From sequence record BTPI01000018.1: 32,000 bases of DNA; one strand, written 5' to 3'. The notes beneath the pieces were generated by a model that was given only the letters and a program-made list of their open reading frames with translations, searched no databases and was not told the origin of the DNA. Positions within the stretch are counted from its first letter, which is position 1, and each line of letters begins with the position of its first letter. Positions 7,587 to 17,786 of the stretch are shown one piece after another. The position numbers and the translations under genes were made by a program.

Positions 7587-9515
7587 TTAATTATAACAAA
7601 TCCAAATTTTAATTCCTAATGTTCCGAAAGAAGTAAAGGCATTTTTTGATTTAAAATCAATTTTTGAAGAAAAAACGTGTAATGAAGTTTCACCATACTT
7701 AAAATTTTGTACTTTGGATCGCTGCGCTTTTTTAGATTTTCCTCCTATTCGACCCGAACACATGACACGTATACCTTTTATATGATTTAATTTTTGTTCG
7801 GTAATTTTTTTTAAAATATAATTTTTTATTTTAAAAAATGGTACTCTTTTTTCTATATAATATATTACCTCATCTATAAGAAATAAAGCGTTTTGAAATA
7901 TGTCTGAAGTTTGAAAAAAATGCAGATGCACGTTACCAGAAAAATTATTACATAAAATAGATTCCATATGAGATTTATAAGGTGAACTTGGTAATATAAA
8001 TTTTTTTCTTTCAATTAATCTAGTTTCACTTGAAATTAAATTGGTATTAAATTTATGAGTAATTTCAGATAAATTAGTATTGTCACCAAGCTTGTTATTT
8101 TCACGAAATGAAAAAAAATTTTTGTTAGTACGTAAATAAATGCTATCATAATATTTGCAAAAATAAAATAATTTACAATAGTTGTTGTATGTTTCATTCA
8201 CACATTGAGCATTCATTAAACTTAAATTACAATATTTTTCATTTTGTTGTTTAAAACTAATAAAACTCACTTTACTATTGAAATTAATCAAATTTTCTTG
8301 TGTATTATAAAACTGTAATTGTTTGTAATATACATTAAGTTTGATTAAACTATTACCATTAATAAAGGTTGGCACAAATTTTTTTTTTAAATTAGTATTT
8401 AAAATACAATCTAATTTACTAGTTTTTTTCATGGAAAAATTACATAAATGTGTATAGTTTAATGTTTTTTTTTTTAAAAAATTTAAAATTTTTAACTTCA
8501 ACGGTAAAAAAGTGTTAAAAAAAAAAATTATCGGTAAGCTAACTTTTAATTTGTTTTTTGAATGGTTACAATTATTTTTTTTTTCAGGATTTATAGTATA
8601 AACAGCTTTTTTTAGCTGATTTTTTTTTGGTTTTTTCCTTTGCGTTTCAAAGCAACGGGAAAATACATTAAAATTTTGTGTTATTTTTTTATAATTGTTT
8701 ATTTTTATTTGAAAATACTTTAAAGCTAAAAAATTTTTATTTTTGTAAATTTTCAAAAACAAAAAAAACATAATATATTTGAATAAAATAGTATTACACC
8801 TATTATTCAATGAATTTCCAGTAGAATACTGTTTTTCTTTTTGCGTTGTAAAAAAAGCTGAGGTTAAAGATACGAAATTTGAATTATTTTTTTGTTTACT
8901 TGCATTTATGTTTTTGTGCTTTGTAAAATAAGGGATTTGTTTGATAGAAAAATACTTAACTAAAAAATAACGTATATAAAATTCATTGTATACTTTTAAA
9001 GAATAAAGTAATTTTGAATAATTTTGAAAATAAAATAAAGTGTTTGAGTTATTTCCATTTTTACTTATATTGCTAATTTTTGTTGTATTACACAGTAAAT
9101 TAGTAGACTTTTTACTTGTAAGTAATTCAGGTAGATTATTATTAAAGCTTTTAGTTAAATATTCAAAAATTTTACCTTGTGCAGTCGAAATGCCAGTATG
9201 TGCATTATTAAAAAAATTTTTTCGAATAAATTTAATTTTTTTAGGGTTTTTTAAATAAAAAATTTTAGATACATATTTTCGATTTTTGTTTGGATTACAA
9301 AAAAATATATTGATTTTTATTTTATTAGGCAAGTATTGAATTACATAGCGTGCTGAAGAAAATTTGATTTTTTTTAAAATCAAATCTATATAGCATTGTA
9401 TTTTCAAATCTTTCATGAGCAAATTAACATAATTTGATTGATTAAACCAACAAGAATCCATACCACGATTAGTTTTTCCCAATCGTAGCGATATAGGGTT
9501 AATTTTTTGGGCCAT
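7587..9515 (-). CDS. rps3: Ribosomal protein S3, greatly expanded (642 aa)
   Basis: The N-terminus MAQKINPISLRLG...WF and the C-terminal 100 aa (EKRV.F.K......K......IKGIRVMCSGRIGG......K...YGE.SLH.....IDF....A.T..GTLGIKIWI) are S3 signatures. The roughly 460 residues between them are N/K/F-rich. Confidence 0.88.
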   Translation of the reverse strand: MAQKINPISLRLGKTNRGMDSCWFNQSNYVNLLMKDLKIQCYIDLILKKIKFSSARYVIQYLPNKIKINIFFCNPNKNRKYVSKIFYLKNPKKIKFIRKNFFNNAHTGISTAQGKIFEYLTKSFNNNLPELLTSKKSTNLLCNTTKISNISKNGNNSNTLFYFQNYSKLLYSLKVYNEFYIRYFLVKYFSIKQIPYFTKHKNINASKQKNNSNFVSLTSAFFTTQKEKQYSTGNSLNNRCNTILFKYIMFFLFLKIYKNKNFLALKYFQIKINNYKKITQNFNVFSRCFETQRKKPKKNQLKKAVYTINPEKKNNCNHSKNKLKVSLPIIFFFNTFLPLKLKILNFLKKKTLNYTHLCNFSMKKTSKLDCILNTNLKKKFVPTFINGNSLIKLNVYYKQLQFYNTQENLINFNSKVSFISFKQQNEKYCNLSLMNAQCVNETYNNYCKLFYFCKYYDSIYLRTNKNFFSFRENNKLGDNTNLSEITHKFNTNLISSETRLIERKKFILPSSPYKSHMESILCNNFSGNVHLHFFQTSDIFQNALFLIDEVIYYIEKRVPFFKIKNYILKKITEQKLNHIKGIRVMCSGRIGGKSKKAQRSKVQNFKYGETSLHVFSSKIDFKSKNAFTSFGTLGIKIWICYN

Positions 9516-9900
9516 ATAATATGAATAATTTTTTTAAAGTTTAAGTAATAAAAATTTATATTTAAATATTTAAATAGATTATTTAAAATGTTATAAGTTT
9601 TAGTGATGTGACAAATAGTGTATACTTTTATTTAACTTAAATAGCTACTGCAAACATATAACTTATTTTTATTTGTGAAAACAAAATTTTCCAGAAATAT
9701 AAATCAGTGGTATGGTAACTTTTTATTAATGGAATATAAGAAAATAATAAAATTTATTTTTTATTTAAAAATATCAATTTTTCTTTTCCGATTTATTTTG
9801 TTTAAATAAAAGCATATCATTTCAAAGCAATGAGCACCAATTATAGATGTAATACTATAGTTATTTCCATTTAAAAATATCAAAAATTAAAAAAAACATT

Positions 9901-10887
9901 ATGAATTATCTTATTTTAAACATTATATTAAAAATAATCGCAATTACTATTCCTTTGCTATTAGGTGTTGCTTTTTTAACTTTAGCAGAACGAAAGGTTA
10001 TGGCATCTATGCAACGCAGAAAAGGACCTAATGTGGTAGGTATTTTCGGTATTTTTCAACCTATAGCAGATGGATTAAAATTATTGGTAAAAGAACCTGT
10101 ATTACCGAGTAATGCAAATTTAGTTATATTTTTATTTGCACCTGTATTAACTTTTATGCTTAGCCAAGTAGCCTGGGCCGTAATTCCTTTTGGAGAAGGC
10201 TTGGTATTAGCTGATTTGAATGCAGGTTTATTATACATTTTTGCGATTTCTTCCCTTGGCGTGTATGGTATTATTACTGCTGGTTGGTCAAGTAACTCTA
10301 AATACGCTTTTTTAGGGAGTTTACGATCAGCAGCACAAATGGTTTCTTATGAAGTATCTTTAGGCCTTATTTTAATTACAGTATTACTGTGTGTAGGTTC
10401 ATTAAATTTGACACAAGTAGTATTGGCTCAACAAAAGGTTTGGTTCTGTATACCTTTATTTCCAGTTTTAATTATGTTTTTTATATCATGTTTAGCTGAA
10501 ACTAATAGAGCTCCTTTTGATTTGCCAGAAGCCGAGGCTGAATTAGTAGCAGGTTATAATGTAGAGTATTCGTCCATGGGATTTGCTTTATTTTTTCTTG
10601 GGGAATACGCAAACATGATTGTGATGAGTAGTCTTTGTGCACTTTTTTTTCTAGGTGGATGGCTACCAATTTTTAATATAAGTATTTTTTACTGGTTGCC
10701 TGGTGTATTTTGGTTTGGCTTGAAAATAGTATTATTTCTTTTTTTTTTTATTTGGGTGCGTGCCGCTTTTCCAAGGTATAGGTATGATCAATTAATGCGA
10801 TTAGGATGGAAAGTATTACTGCCATTTTCATTAGCTTGGGTAGTATTAGTTTCCGGAATTTTAATTAGTTTTGATTGGCTTCCTTAA
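9901..10887 (+). CDS. nad1: NADH dehydrogenase subunit 1 (328 aa)
   Basis: [67 protein letters not shown]. Full-length Nad1 with no intron. Confidence 0.97.
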   Translation: MNYLILNIILKIIAITIPLLLGVAFLTLAERKVMASMQRRKGPNVVGIFGIFQPIADGLKLLVKEPVLPSNANLVIFLFAPVLTFMLSQVAWAVIPFGEGLVLADLNAGLLYIFAISSLGVYGIITAGWSSNSKYAFLGSLRSAAQMVSYEVSLGLILITVLLCVGSLNLTQVVLAQQKVWFCIPLFPVLIMFFISCLAETNRAPFDLPEAEAELVAGYNVEYSSMGFALFFLGEYANMIVMSSLCALFFLGGWLPIFNISIFYWLPGVFWFGLKIVLFLFFFIWVRAAFPRYRYDQLMRLGWKVLLPFSLAWVVLVSGILISFDWLP

Positions 10888-10969
10888 CACGCATAGCAAT
10901 GCTTCGCTTTATTGTATACCTTTATTTTTAATTATATATAAAAACCAAGTTTTATAAAGTTTCGCTTAA

Positions 10970-11026
10970 TTTAAAGGCTTGTATAAAAAAGTAAAAAATT
11001 TTTACTTTTTTATACAAGCCTTTAAA
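10970..11026. repeat. Near-perfect 57-nt palindrome downstream of nad1
   Basis: tttaaaggcttgtataaaaaagtaaaaa (10970-10997), a, tttttacttttttatacaagcctttaaa (10999-11026). The arms are exact reverse complements. Confidence 0.92.
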
Positions 11027-11064
11027 AATGCAATATTTTATATTTAAAAATGCAATATTTTATA
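11022..11064 (+). repeat. Tandem duplication, 22-nt period, two copies
   Basis: ttaaaaatgcaatattttata at 11022-11042 and again at 11044-11064. The first copy overlaps the right arm of the palindrome. Confidence 0.88.
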
Positions 11065-11178
11065 CTAGTTGAGGCATATTATAAAATAATATGAAGTTTT
11101 TTTTAACACTTGGTAATATATTTATTACAATTTATTTTAATTATAATTAGAATTTAAATTTTTTTAAAATACAAACTA

Positions 11179-11248
11179 TAGCAGCATTTAAACAATGACA
11201 AAAATTTTCAATTTTTGTACCAGCTTTTTTTCACAACTAAAAAGCAAA
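11179..11248 (+). repeat. Repeat family B, copy B2
   Basis: tagcagcatttaaacaatg-ACAAAAATT-ttc-AATTTTTGT-acca-GCTTTTT-ttcacaact-AAAAAGC-aaagc. Confidence 0.88.
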
Positions 11249-11300
11249 GCAATTTTCTATTAAATAAACCTTTACCATTTAAATAGCTAATTTACTCGTA

Positions 11301-11335
11301 TTGCTGAAAAAAAAAATCCCATTTTTTTTCAGCAA
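11301..11335. repeat. Hairpin, 14-bp perfect stem
   Basis: ttgctgaaaaaaaa (11301-11314), loop aatccca, ttttttttcagcaa (11322-11335). Confidence 0.88.
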
Positions 11336-11581
11336 ACGGTTATTTAAGTCAGCTTAAATCGAAAATTTTTACTATTTGTTAACGAAGTTTATTATTTGAA
11401 ACAGTTTTTTTCATTTAATTTAAATTATTTTATTTAATGTTAATTCAATAAATTTTTATAGTAAAGTGTTTCTCTTGTAAACTTTTTTTCCATGAGCATT
11501 TAATATTTAAACAATTCATTTGTGGATACTTTTTTTTGTTTATATATATTTAAAATTTATAAATTTTTTGACTTCAAAAAT

Positions 11582-12205
11582 TTATTTTATTGGAAATTGA
11601 AATGCACTTAAAAAAATGGATATTGGTGACGAATACAACTTAGAAAAATTTAACTTTTTAGCTTTTCCTACATTTGTTACTATAGTAATATCTAACCCTT
11701 TTAGCAATTCAAAAAATTCAAAATAGTTTTCTAACTCAAAAAAAACTAAAATTTCTGGTATACCTATACTTAAATGAGCTGTTTCATGTAAATAATTTAT
11801 TTTAATACCATTAAAATGACGAATTCGTGGTAAAACAATTGTGATTAATTTTTCCAAAAAATTATACATAAACATATTTCGTAAATCTGCTTTACAACCA
11901 ATTATTTGATTTTTTCTTATTTTAAAGCCAGCAATAGATTTATGAGCAATTGTCCATTTTAATTTTTGTCCAGAAATTAGCTGTAATGATACTAAAGCAG
12001 GAATTATAGACTTTTTGTCATTTGCTATAGTTTTGTATGTGAGGTTTAAAGTAATTTTTTTTATTTTTGGAATCTCAAATATATTTGTTAAATTTTGTTT
12101 GTAAATTAAATCTAAACACACATTTTTTTTATAATGTGTATAATATCTATCATTGATAAATAAATTTTTTTTTAAATTATTAGCATTTAAATAAGGTTTG
12201 CACAT
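11582..12205 (-). CDS. rpl5: Ribosomal protein L5 (207 aa)
   Basis: IPKIKKITLN...........ALVSLQLISGQK.......KSIAGFKIRKNQIIGCK..LR...MY.FLEKLI..VLPRIR.F.G matches the L5 core pattern. Confidence 0.85.
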   Translation of the reverse strand: MCKPYLNANNLKKNLFINDRYYTHYKKNVCLDLIYKQNLTNIFEIPKIKKITLNLTYKTIANDKKSIIPALVSLQLISGQKLKWTIAHKSIAGFKIRKNQIIGCKADLRNMFMYNFLEKLITIVLPRIRHFNGIKINYLHETAHLSIGIPEILVFFELENYFEFFELLKGLDITIVTNVGKAKKLNFSKLYSSPISIFLSAFQFPIK

Positions 12206-12261
12206 ATATATATAAAATTTTTATTTAAATTGAGAAAAGTTTTTTTTATATTTTAAGTAAC

Positions 12262-12317
12262 AGTATTTGAGTAAGCTTGACAGTAAGCTTGCAAATAAGT
12301 TTGCGAGTAAGTTGTTA
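12262..12317 (+). repeat. Tandem 12-nt repeat, 4 units plus a partial unit
   Basis: agtatttg / agtaagcttgac / agtaagcttgca / aataagtttgcg / agtaagttgtta. It lies about 60 nt upstream of the rpl5 start, which is on the minus strand. Confidence 0.8.
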
Positions 12318-12323
12318 TTTGTG

Positions 12324-12340
12324 AGCTGGTACAAAAATTG
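12324..12340 (-). repeat. Repeat family B, truncated inverted fragment
   Basis: The reverse complement caatttttgtaccagct matches the right half of hairpin 1 plus the linker of family B. Confidence 0.6.
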
Positions 12341-12683
12341 TAGACTTTTTTATTATTATGTTACTAATCAGGTAAATGTTTAGTATATATTTGATTTAAA
12401 TAATAATAACAAAACTACCGTTTTTTGGGTAAATTTTCTATAAAAAAAAAATAAATTTATTCCAAATTAAATTTACACATCTACTATTAAAATAAAGCAA
12501 TCATGTGTAAAAAACAATACCCATAAATAAAATCTGATTTTTGACCTACTTTTGTTTGTGCAATTTCTCGTTTTAAAGCTTACTTTGTAAAAATATAAAA
12601 TAGATATTGTATTAAAATTAAACTAAGTTTAAATAAAATTAAAAATAATATAAATACTATTTTTAAAAAATTTATTAAACAAA

Positions 12684-12755
12684 GTCTTTTTCGTCTAGTG
12701 GTTAGGACGTTGCTTTTTCAAGGCAAAAACACGGGTTCAATTCCCGTAAAAGATA
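12684..12755 (+). tRNA. trnE: tRNA-Glu (UUC)
   Basis: 72-nt cloverleaf. Acceptor GTCTTTT/AAAAGAT (G1-T72 wobble), D arm GTCT-AGTGGTTA-GGAC, anticodon stem TTGCT/GGCAA, loop TTTTCAA, T arm ACGGG-TTCAATT-CCCGT. Confidence 0.88.
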
Positions 12756-13393
12756 ATAATCCTATTGCTTAAGCTAGCTATAACTTAATTCAAATAACCA
12801 ACGCCTTTTTTTATAAATAAAAGCTATTTAAGTAGAAAAATATTTAAATAATACTTGCTTTTTTTTTCTGGTTTATAAAAAGCAAAATTTTTATTAATAA
12901 ACAACATTAAACTATCTGTTTAAATAGTAAAAGCCGTAATCTATATCTTGAAAAAAATTTAAATTAAGAAAAAACTATGTTTTCTTTAACTTAAAGTGCA
13001 ACAATCAGAAGTTACTTGCTACAAGTTTTTTTCAACAAAAAATTTAGTGTTAAAAAAAATTAAAAATTTTTGTTGACACCATATAATGTTTATTTTATAT
13101 ATTTACTTAGCTAGCAAATTTTTTATTACCTGAAAAAAATTTCTGGTTTTTAGCCATTTAAGCTATAGGAAAAAAATTTTATTTTTTCGGTTTAAGCAAA
13201 CTTATAACTTATATAGCGCATTTATCAAAAATTATTCACTTAGAAAAAACTTCGTTTTTTTAAACGAAAGGCAAATAGCCTATTATTTAAAACCAATTTC
13301 AATTTATAGTATAAAAAACATTTTTGTGGTTACATTTTATACGTTATTTTAAAAAGCTTTTTCAATTAAAAATATAGTTTAAAATTATGTTCA

Positions 13394-13465
13394 GCAGAAA
13401 TAGCTCAGCGGTAGAGCGTTGCTTTGCCATAGCAAAAGTCGAGGGTTCAAACCCCTTTTTCTGCT
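13394..13465 (+). tRNA. trnG: tRNA-Gly (GCC)
   Basis: 72-nt cloverleaf. Acceptor GCAGAAA/TTTCTGC, D arm GCTC-AGCGGTA-GAGC, anticodon stem TTGCT/AGCAA, loop TTGCCAT, T arm GAGGG-TTCAAAC-CCCTT. Confidence 0.9.
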
Positions 13466-14205
13466 TAGACTATACTTTTAACAAAAAATAGAAAATTTTT
13501 ATAATTAAATTAAATTTTATATTAATAAACTAGGTTAATATATTTATATGGTAGAAAATAATGAAGTTATAAAAAGTAAAAATTCGTGCTACTAAATACA
13601 ATCATTATTTAATTTTTTTACAATCGAAAATTTGTGTTTATATAATGTTTTTTTTCTGCTTTTGTAATTTAAAAAACAAAAAACTCAAACTGAAAAAATT
13701 TTATTTTTAAATACAATACGATTTAAACTAAATTTATTTACTTAAACAGTATTTTTAATGCTATATAAAAAAAATTTCTATTAGTAAATAAATTCTGTGT
13801 TACAAATTTGGAATTATTGCGGAAATTTTTAAGTTTTGTTGCCAACTATATAACTTAATTTTATAAGCGTGTATAGGCAAAAAAAAATGAAATAAATGTG
13901 CTTAAACACAAAAATTTAAATATCGTTAAAAAATTTTTAAAAATATTCATAAATTTTAAACCTGGGAATGGTATAAACAGAAAATTTTAATGATATATAC
14001 TAAAAATTTTTGTGTCATCATTCAATATTAAATAATTTAAGCTAAAAATTTTGTGATGATAATAATTACTATTCAACATTTTAAACATTTCTAAAAACTG
14101 ATTTTTTGATCACAAAAACTTACTTTTTGTAGTTTAAGTAAAAAAAAATAAGTAAGTTTTTACAATAATTATACCTTATTCTGAATTAATAAAAAAAATA
14201 AAATT

Positions 14206-14955
14206 ATGATTTTTACCCCGTTAGAACAATTTTCTATTGTAAGTTTAATACCTTTTCATATAGGTAATGTTTACTTATCTTTTACAAATTCTTCACTGTA
14301 TCTTATGTTAACTACTGCATTAGTTTTTACTTTATTTTATTTGGTAACTCAAAATGGTGGCTATTTGGTTCCGTCTAGATGGCAATCTTTGGTGGAAATG
14401 ATTTATGAGTTTGTTGTAAGTTTAGTTGATGAGCAAATAGGAAAAAAAGGCCAAAAATATTTTCCTTTAATTTTTACTACCTTTGTTTTTTTATTATTTA
14501 CTAACTTGATTGGTATGATACCTTATAGTTTCACAGCTACTAGTCATTTTTTAGTCACTTTTGGGTTAAGTTTATCTTTATTTATAGGAATTACAATTGT
14601 AGGATTTCAAACTCATGGTTTACATTTTTTCAGTTTTCTTCTACCTAAAGGAGCACCATTAGCACTGGCTCCTTTATTAGTTGTATTAGAATTAGTTTCT
14701 TATTGTTTTCGTGCTATAAGTTTAGGTGTACGTTTATTCGCAAATATGATGGCCGGCCACACTTTAGTAAAAATCTTAAGCGGCTTTGCCTGGACCATGC
14801 TTTCCGTAGGAGGCTTGTTAGGAGTAGCGTCTGTGTTACCATTTGGAGTAGTATTTGCTTTAACTGGACTTGAAATAGGAGTAGCTTGCTTACAAGCCTA
14901 TGTATTTACAATATTGACATGTATTTATTTAAATGATGCTATTAATCTTCATTAA
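14206..14955 (+). CDS. atp6: ATP synthase F0 subunit a (249 aa)
   Basis: N-terminus PLEQF, then LFTNL.GMIPYSFT.TSH, ISLGVRLFANMMAGH.L..IL, and C-terminus LQAYVFT.LTCIYLNDA. Canonical Atp6. Confidence 0.96.
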   Translation: MIFTPLEQFSIVSLIPFHIGNVYLSFTNSSLYLMLTTALVFTLFYLVTQNGGYLVPSRWQSLVEMIYEFVVSLVDEQIGKKGQKYFPLIFTTFVFLLFTNLIGMIPYSFTATSHFLVTFGLSLSLFIGITIVGFQTHGLHFFSFLLPKGAPLALAPLLVVLELVSYCFRAISLGVRLFANMMAGHTLVKILSGFAWTMLSVGGLLGVASVLPFGVVFALTGLEIGVACLQAYVFTILTCIYLNDAINLH

Positions 14956-15137
14956 GAAATAGTAAAACAGCAACAATTTTTAAATAATAAAAACAAAACA
15001 AAAAAAAATTTCTGATTTTTGTGTTACAGCACAATAATCAAAAAGCTTTTTCATCGAAAATTGCTTACAATTTTGCTGTGCTACTGACAGTCATAACATA
15101 AAGTACAAATTTCACTTAATTGTTAATAAGCTGATTT

Positions 15138-15217
15138 TTTTTTTATTTAAGTATTTAAACAAATTTTATGAAAAAATTAAATTAGAAAAAACTTGTTTAA
15201 ATACTTAAATAAAAAAA
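15138..15217. repeat. Inverted repeat, 25-bp perfect arms with a 30-nt loop, in the atp6-nad2 spacer
   Basis: tttttttatttaagtatttaaacaa (15138-15162) and ttgtttaaatacttaaataaaaaaa (15193-15217). Confidence 0.9.
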
Positions 15218-15321
15218 TTGTTAATTTACATAATTTAAATAAAAACAAATTAATAAAAAACAAAATTTTTTAATTGAACTTTTTTGGGATAAAAAAAATT
15301 AATTTAAACACGAACTTTTAA

Positions 15322-16899
15322 ATGTATTTAAGCAATGGTAATCATTACTTTTCTGTAAACGAATTTGATTTTTATACCTTTTTATTTGAAAATGATTTTA
15401 AAGCTATCATCCCAGAATTATTTTTAGTATGTGTCTGTATTGTGCTTTTAATGTATGGAGTAATTTTAAGTACCTCTAATATAAACAAATATCCATTGTT
15501 ATTGAACAATATAAACTGGTTAAGCATACTTAGTTTAATTTTTACTTTTTTATTATTGAAAAAAAACTTTATTACTCATGCTAGCATTTTTTATAATACT
15601 TTAATATTAGATGATTTTACTTTTTATTTGAAAATTTTAGTTATTTTTTCGTGTTTTTTCTCTATTTTAATTTCGCTTAATTATATAAAAAAGCAAAGCT
15701 TTAATGCATTCGAATACAGTATTTTAGTATTACTATCTACTTGTAGTATGTTATTTTTAATTGCATCTGCAGATTTTCTATCTATGTATCTAGCTATTGA
15801 ACTACAAAGTTTATGTTTTTATGTTATGGCAGCATGCAAACGAAATTCTGAATTTTCTACTGAAGCTGGTTTAAAATATTTTTTACTTGGTGCTTTTTCT
15901 TCAGGAATTCTTTTGTTTGGAATTTCTTTAATCTATGGCTTTACTGGAATTACAAATTTCTCAGAACTAGCAAAAGTTTTTGCGTGCGGCATTACTGATG
16001 TATATAATGACAGTAATGCTAATTTTTCATTACGAGCTTGTGAACTAGGTATGATTTTTATTTTGGTCGGCTTTCTTTTTAAGCTAACTGCAGTACCATT
16101 TCATATGTGGGCTCCAGACGTGTATGAAGGGGCACCAACCTCTGTAACTGCTTTTTTTTCTATTGCCCCAAAAATTTCTATTTTAGCAATAGTGGTTAGA
16201 GTTTTTACTGACAGCTTCTACGATTTTATGTTACCATGGCAAAAAATGATAATTTTTTCCAGTTTAGCTTCTATGATTTTGGCAAGTTTTGCTGCCATGT
16301 CACAAAATAAAATAAAAAGATTATTAGCCTTTAGTTCTATTGGTCATGTAGGATATTTATTAATAGGCATTTGTTGTGGAACCATAGAAGGGCTTCAGGC
16401 CTTGTTTATTTATCTTGTAGTATATATCATAATGACGATTAATATTTTTGCAATTGTTTTATCACCACTAAAACGCGAAATGAATGCACTAATTAAACCA
16501 ATTTCTCAAATTAAATATACCACCGATTTAAATATGCTAGCAAAAACAAACCCGGTTTTAGCTATCACTTTTAGCTTAACCTTATTTTCTATAGCAGGCA
16601 TTCCACCGTTAGCTGGATTTTATAGTAAAGCTTTTTTGTTTTTTGCAGCTATGAGTTCTACAATGTATTTACTAGCAATCGTAGGTGTTTTAACCAGTGT
16701 TATTAGTTGTTTTTATTATATACGTTTAATAAAAATAATGTATTTTGAAACCCCAAAAAATTGGTTAAGCTTTTCTCAAATAAAAAAAGAAAATGCCTTA
16801 ATTTTAGGTATCACTTCGTTTTTTATTATTTTTTTTATGGTTTTTCCAACACCACTTTATTTAATTAGTCATAAGTTTGCTTTATCACTTTGTTCTTAA
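15322..16899 (+). CDS. nad2: NADH dehydrogenase subunit 2 (525 aa)
   Basis: LAIELQSLCFYV.A........STEAGLKYF.LGAFSSG.LLFG.SL.YG.TG, KL...PFH.W.PDVYEG.PT.VTAF, AFSSI.H.GY, GIPPL.GF..K. Nad2 pattern. Confidence 0.95.
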   Translation: MYLSNGNHYFSVNEFDFYTFLFENDFKAIIPELFLVCVCIVLLMYGVILSTSNINKYPLLLNNINWLSILSLIFTFLLLKKNFITHASIFYNTLILDDFTFYLKILVIFSCFFSILISLNYIKKQSFNAFEYSILVLLSTCSMLFLIASADFLSMYLAIELQSLCFYVMAACKRNSEFSTEAGLKYFLLGAFSSGILLFGISLIYGFTGITNFSELAKVFACGITDVYNDSNANFSLRACELGMIFILVGFLFKLTAVPFHMWAPDVYEGAPTSVTAFFSIAPKISILAIVVRVFTDSFYDFMLPWQKMIIFSSLASMILASFAAMSQNKIKRLLAFSSIGHVGYLLIGICCGTIEGLQALFIYLVVYIIMTINIFAIVLSPLKREMNALIKPISQIKYTTDLNMLAKTNPVLAITFSLTLFSIAGIPPLAGFYSKAFLFFAAMSSTMYLLAIVGVLTSVISCFYYIRLIKIMYFETPKNWLSFSQIKKENALILGITSFFIIFFMVFPTPLYLISHKFALSLCS

Positions 16900-17539
16900 T
16901 ACTGTAAATTATTTTGCGTTTACACATATGTAAAAAAATAAAAAATCAAAACATAGCTGTTGCTTTGCTTATAGAAATAAAATAATTATTAGCAAATAAA
17001 AAGTAAAATAGCCATTTATAAAAAACTTTCTGATTTAATTGCAAAAATTTTAAATTTTTTCTTTTTTATCAATAAGCTAATGATTGTATAAAATAGCAGA
17101 AATTTATCATTTTTGTATCCATTTATAAACAGCTGGTTATTTACAGGCTTACTTACAAATTAAACACTGAAAAAAAATTTTTATAAGCAAAGCACAGAGT
17201 TAAACTGTTTCTATTAGTTTGAGTTATAAATAAAAATTTAAGTTAGAAAAAATATTCACAATTTAAAGTTATAAGAAAAACTTAAATTTTTATTGTTTAC
17301 TTTTTCTTAGTTAAAAATTAAACTACACTACTATATTACCAAAAATGCATTATTTCTATAATTATTCTGGTTACCTTTTATTACTAGGAATTTTGTTTCA
17401 TTGACAAAGCAAAACAAAAACCTTTATTTTCAATTAAAAAACCTAAACAATAAAAAAAAAATATGTTTATTGTTATATAAATATCAATACAATAATTATG
17501 TTTTAAAATTACAATATAAGCAAAAACAAATAAGTTTAA

Positions 17540-17613
17540 ATGCTTGTAGCTTAATTGGATAGAGTACCATACTACGGATATGGAAGTTGAAAGTTCAAAT
17601 CTTTCCAAGCATA
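17540..17613 (+). tRNA. trnR: tRNA-Arg (ACG)
   Basis: 74-nt cloverleaf. Acceptor ATGCTTG/CAAGCAT, D arm GCTT-AATTGGATA-GAGT, anticodon stem CCATA/TATGG, loop CTACGGA, T arm GAAAG-TTCAAAT-CTTTC. Confidence 0.88.
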
Positions 17614-17703
17614 TTAATAAAATTTTTTATATTTTAGTAAACTTTCAATATTTGGCAAATTTGCAGTTAGCTATATATTGAAAGCTTACTGTACTTACAC
17701 ATT

Positions 17704-17743
17704 TTTTGATAGCAAGTTATTAAACTTTTGTAGAAAAAAATTT
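17704..17743 (+). repeat. Dispersed repeat family D, copy D2
   Basis: See D1. It lies between trnR and tatC, 44 nt upstream of the tatC ATG. Confidence 0.85.
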
Positions 17744-17786
17744 ATTGTATTAAAATTTTCTTATTTGTAAAAATATATCGTATAAT

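Noticed and set aside
9040-9258. 72-aa ORF antisense within rps3
   Set aside because: It is embedded in the rps3 insert region on the opposite strand. It is AT-rich and low-complexity with no independent support.
10056-10238. 60-aa ORF antisense within nad1
   Set aside because: It lies inside the highly conserved nad1 CDS, so it is a chance antisense frame.
14990-15100. Possible inverted repeat around gttacagcacaa ... ttgctgtgctac after atp6
   Set aside because: On checking, the two segments are not reverse complements of each other (cagcaca versus ctgtgct in a different register). Only 4-5 bp can pair.
17384-17608. 74-aa ORF on the minus strand
   Set aside because: Its 5' end is the antisense of trnR(ACG) (17540-17613). 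The rest is AT-rich spacer.
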